A stretch of 64,000 nucleotides of DNA from a virus. Each line of letters starts with the position of its first letter. Position 1 is the first letter of the stretch. Shown piece after piece: positions 61,343-64,000 of this stretch. The notes under the pieces were generated by a model. It did not search any database. It saw nothing but the letters and a program-made list of their open reading frames with translations, and had not been told where the DNA came from. Position numbers and translations under genes: made by a program. The stretch lies in IMG/VR virus record IMGVR_UViG_3300026484_000053, positions 129,701 through 193,700 of that record; one strand, given 5' to 3'.

Positions 61343-61810
61343 ATGAGCAAAATGCACTCCCCGATTGAGCTTTTTAAAGGACTAAATGATCTTTGCCAAA
61401 GCGACGAAGCGTTTTACTTCTCAGAACAAGATTATGCTGAAGACTATGTAATTAGATCTTATTCGTACAGACTTGCTTCTTGGACTCAATTCGAACAGCC
61501 ATTTGCTAAAGAATGTAGAGGTACAGCGTTTATACTTAACAAGAAAACACAAGACTGGACTTTATTCTGTAGAGCGTACCCAAAGTTCTTTAATCTTAAC
61601 GAGGGAATACCTAAAGAAGAATACATGCAAGACAATGTAAACAATCTTAAGTCGTTAGTTAACCTTATACTTGAAGATGATATAGACCATGTATTAGGAT
61701 TATTTGAAGGTGACGAAGAGACTATAAAGTATATTAACAAAATGCAAGACAAAATAAGTGAATCCTTAGTAGACGATTTATTTGATGAAAGGATTAACTC
61801 AAAGGATTAA
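61343..61810 (+). pseudogene. T4 Rnl1-like RNA ligase with the catalytic core deleted in frame
   Basis: ELF..L..LC, ECRG..F, KFFNLNE, then jumps to the C-terminal helical domain; no KxDGS motif. Confidence 0.75.
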
Positions 61811-61818
61811 CTCAAAGG

Positions 61819-61862
61819 TTTAATACGCATTTAATACACATTTAATATTAAAATGTTATAAT
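61819..61862 (+). promoter_or_regulatory. RpoD-type promoter
   Basis: TTTAAT at 61819, 61830 and 61841; TGTTATAAT at 61854. Confidence 0.75.
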
Positions 61863-61915
61863 ATTAATAGAAGTACTGAAGTACTAATATACTATTTAAA
61901 AATAAAGGATAAAAC

Positions 61916-63907
61916 ATGTCAGAATTTCAAAAATACGCAAAGGTAATCGGAGACAACTTCGATAACATGGCGCAACAAGATTTACATGTAGTAGATCTAC
62001 CAAAGAATGCTTTATGGAATGCTTATCAAGCAGCATTTCCTGAAGGAACAAACGAGCTTTATAAAGAGAATCTTATTCACGATTGTAATACTTGTAAGAA
62101 CTATATTAGAAACATTGGTTCTGCGATTTCTATACAAGACGGCACAATTAGAACTATTTGGGATAATACAGAAGATAAAGACATTGCACCTGAGTACAAA
62201 ATAGTATCAGAAGTAATGAGAAAACTTGTTCAATCAGCTCCTATCTACTCTCCATTTATTAGATCAGAGAGAAAATACGGACATTTACAACATAAAGTAC
62301 TTCAAGAAGACAATTCGATAGTTACATTCGACCATTTTGAAGCTAAAATACCTACTATTTGTTTTAGTACAGAACCTAGTTCAGAGATATCTAAGAAAGT
62401 ATCTAGTTTTAAAGTATTTGAAAGAGGTATGAAAGAACTTTCATACGAAAATGTAGATATGATTATCGAACTTATCGAAAATAACTCAATTTACAATGCA
62501 CTTAAAGATTACGAAGCTATTAAGACTTATAGAGGTCTTTTACAAGAATTTTCTACAATAACAGACGATAGAGATAAAGAAATCTGGTTATGGAAAAACA
62601 GCACGTCTCCAGCAGCTAGACTTAGAAACTCTGTTATAGGTACGCTTATTATTGATCTTGAAGAAGGTAAAGCATTAGAAGAAGCAGTTAAATCTTATGA
62701 GGCTAAAGTAGCTCCTAGTAACTATAAAAGACCTAAAGCACTTGCAACTGAAAAAATGAAGAAAGATGCTATTAAAGCGATTGACAAAGCGCAAATAAGA
62801 GACTCTTTACCAAGACGACACGCTGTAACATCTGATGTGTCTATAAACGATGTGCTATTTGCAGATAGAAATACTAAGTTAAAAGATAAAGATCCGTTAT
62901 TAGATGCTCTTGGAGCATCAGAAAACCTTAAGATTAATTACAAATCTATACAGAACGCACCGCATGTTGGTATAGAAGAGTTCGTAAAAGATTATCTGCC
63001 TGGAAGTAAGAAACTTAGTATAGTAGCGCAATCATCTCTACAATCAAATATTGTTAATATTTCTGCACCTGTAAATTCAGATGCTCCAAATATTCTTAAA
63101 TGGGATAATAACTTTTCATGGAGTTATAATGGTAATCTAGCTGATTCAGACATATCTAGAAACGTGCAAAAAGCAGGTGGATCTTTAGAAGGTGTACTTA
63201 GATTCTCATTACAATGGAATGAAGAGGGACAAGATAATACTGACCTTGATGCACATTGTTTAGAAAAATGCTCTGGTGTGACTAAGGAAATATATTATAA
63301 TGAAAAACGCTCTATTATTAATAACGCTACGTTAGACATTGATGTTACAAGACCAAATGGAGAAGTAGCTGTAGAGAATATCGTTTGGAAAGACATTACA
63401 GACGGAGAATACCATATGTTTGTACGAGATTATTCTGGTAATGGTACTGCAAATGGATTTAGAGCAGAAGTAGTATTTAATGATATTACATATTCTTGCA
63501 ATAAGCAAGGTAATATTTCTAAAGACACCAACGTTTGTACAGTTACTGTAAAAAATGGAGAAATGAAAATAGAACACCACATGCCGTGTAATGCCCAGCA
63601 TGACACTGAACTTGTACCTGTTAAACTTATGTGCCTTTCACCTAACTACTGGTCTGATAATGCTGTAGGAAACAAACACTACTTCTTTATTTGCAACGAT
63701 AACAACGCGACAGTTCCATTTAGAGGCTTTTATAACGAGTTCCTTAGAAATGACTTCAATGGCATTAGAAAAGCAATGGATATGTTAGCTGATAATATGC
63801 AAGTAGAACCACTAGAAGATGGTCTACGTGGATATGGATTTAGCTCAAGCAAAAGGACGTCATTTACAGTTAAGTTGGATGATAAACTAATTAATATAGA
63901 CGTTTAA
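61916..63907 (+). CDS. Large phage protein with a C-terminal YfaP/TerD-like domain
   Basis: LRFSLQW..DLDAH..LDIDV..VENIVW..GEYH.FV..Y. Confidence 0.6.
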   Translation: MSEFQKYAKVIGDNFDNMAQQDLHVVDLPKNALWNAYQAAFPEGTNELYKENLIHDCNTCKNYIRNIGSAISIQDGTIRTIWDNTEDKDIAPEYKIVSEVMRKLVQSAPIYSPFIRSERKYGHLQHKVLQEDNSIVTFDHFEAKIPTICFSTEPSSEISKKVSSFKVFERGMKELSYENVDMIIELIENNSIYNALKDYEAIKTYRGLLQEFSTITDDRDKEIWLWKNSTSPAARLRNSVIGTLIIDLEEGKALEEAVKSYEAKVAPSNYKRPKALATEKMKKDAIKAIDKAQIRDSLPRRHAVTSDVSINDVLFADRNTKLKDKDPLLDALGASENLKINYKSIQNAPHVGIEEFVKDYLPGSKKLSIVAQSSLQSNIVNISAPVNSDAPNILKWDNNFSWSYNGNLADSDISRNVQKAGGSLEGVLRFSLQWNEEGQDNTDLDAHCLEKCSGVTKEIYYNEKRSIINNATLDIDVTRPNGEVAVENIVWKDITDGEYHMFVRDYSGNGTANGFRAEVVFNDITYSCNKQGNISKDTNVCTVTVKNGEMKIEHHMPCNAQHDTELVPVKLMCLSPNYWSDNAVGNKHYFFICNDNNATVPFRGFYNEFLRNDFNGIRKAMDMLADNMQVEPLEDGLRGYGFSSSKRTSFTVKLDDKLINIDV

Positions 63908-63935
63908 CATTAGTTTAATATTATTATGTTATAAT
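63903..63935 (+). promoter_or_regulatory. RpoD-type promoter
   Basis: TTTAA at 63903 and 63914; TGTTATAAT at 63927. Confidence 0.7.
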
Positions 63936-63964
63936 ATACTATCTAAAAAATAAAGGTAAATAAT

Positions 63965-64000
63965 ATGACAAACAGAAACAGAGAAATAAAGACTATTACA
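63965..64000 (+). CDS. Partial CDS (5' end only)
   Basis: Promoter plus AAGG SD plus ATG MTNRNREIKTIT at the window edge. Confidence 0.6.
   Translation, partial: MTNRNREIKTIT

Noticed and set aside
26064-63601. Short minus-strand track ORFs in the right arm (e.g. 28233..28607, 36327..36710, 56361..56765)
   Set aside because: Antisense to well-supported plus-strand genes
1-64000. Stop-codon reassignment (code 15 or 4) as seen in some large phages
   Set aside because: Long code-11 ORFs tile the window with coupled starts and stops; TAG, TGA and TAA all end genes

Overview
This is a 64-kb fragment of a large, AT-rich (roughly 30% GC by eye), T4-related tailed phage genome in standard code 11; no capsid, portal or terminase gene lies in the window. 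Left arm (1-21.7 kb, - strand): an operon of acidic virion/tail-appendage proteins (PKD/Ig-like, Fn3-like, LamG, PA14 and a 14-aa repeat protein) with T4-type late promoters (TATAAATA). Hinge (21.8-25.3 kb): an intact two-component/phosphorelay cluster made of a membrane histidine kinase, a 2-TM sensor-like protein, an ABM/quinol-monooxygenase-like protein, a Cys-motif receiver protein and a membrane-anchored H-box protein. Right arm (25.4-64 kb, + strand): replication and accessory genes. These include a two-gene family-B DNA polymerase, a gp41/DnaB helicase split by an atypical split intein, sliding clamp, ligase, topoisomerase II (2 genes), dNMP kinase, a ParM/ParR-like pair, HD-PNK, an internally deleted Rnl1, a frameshifted RNase H, a divergent PolA-like protein, tRNA-Thr, a tRNA with a 13-nt anticodon loop and a tmRNA. 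The promoter architecture (11-bp-periodic TTTAAT boxes plus extended -10, no -35), the AAGGA Shine-Dalgarno sequences and the tmRNA tag point to a Campylobacterota host (inference). All family assignments are by-eye motif recognition; no database searches were run.
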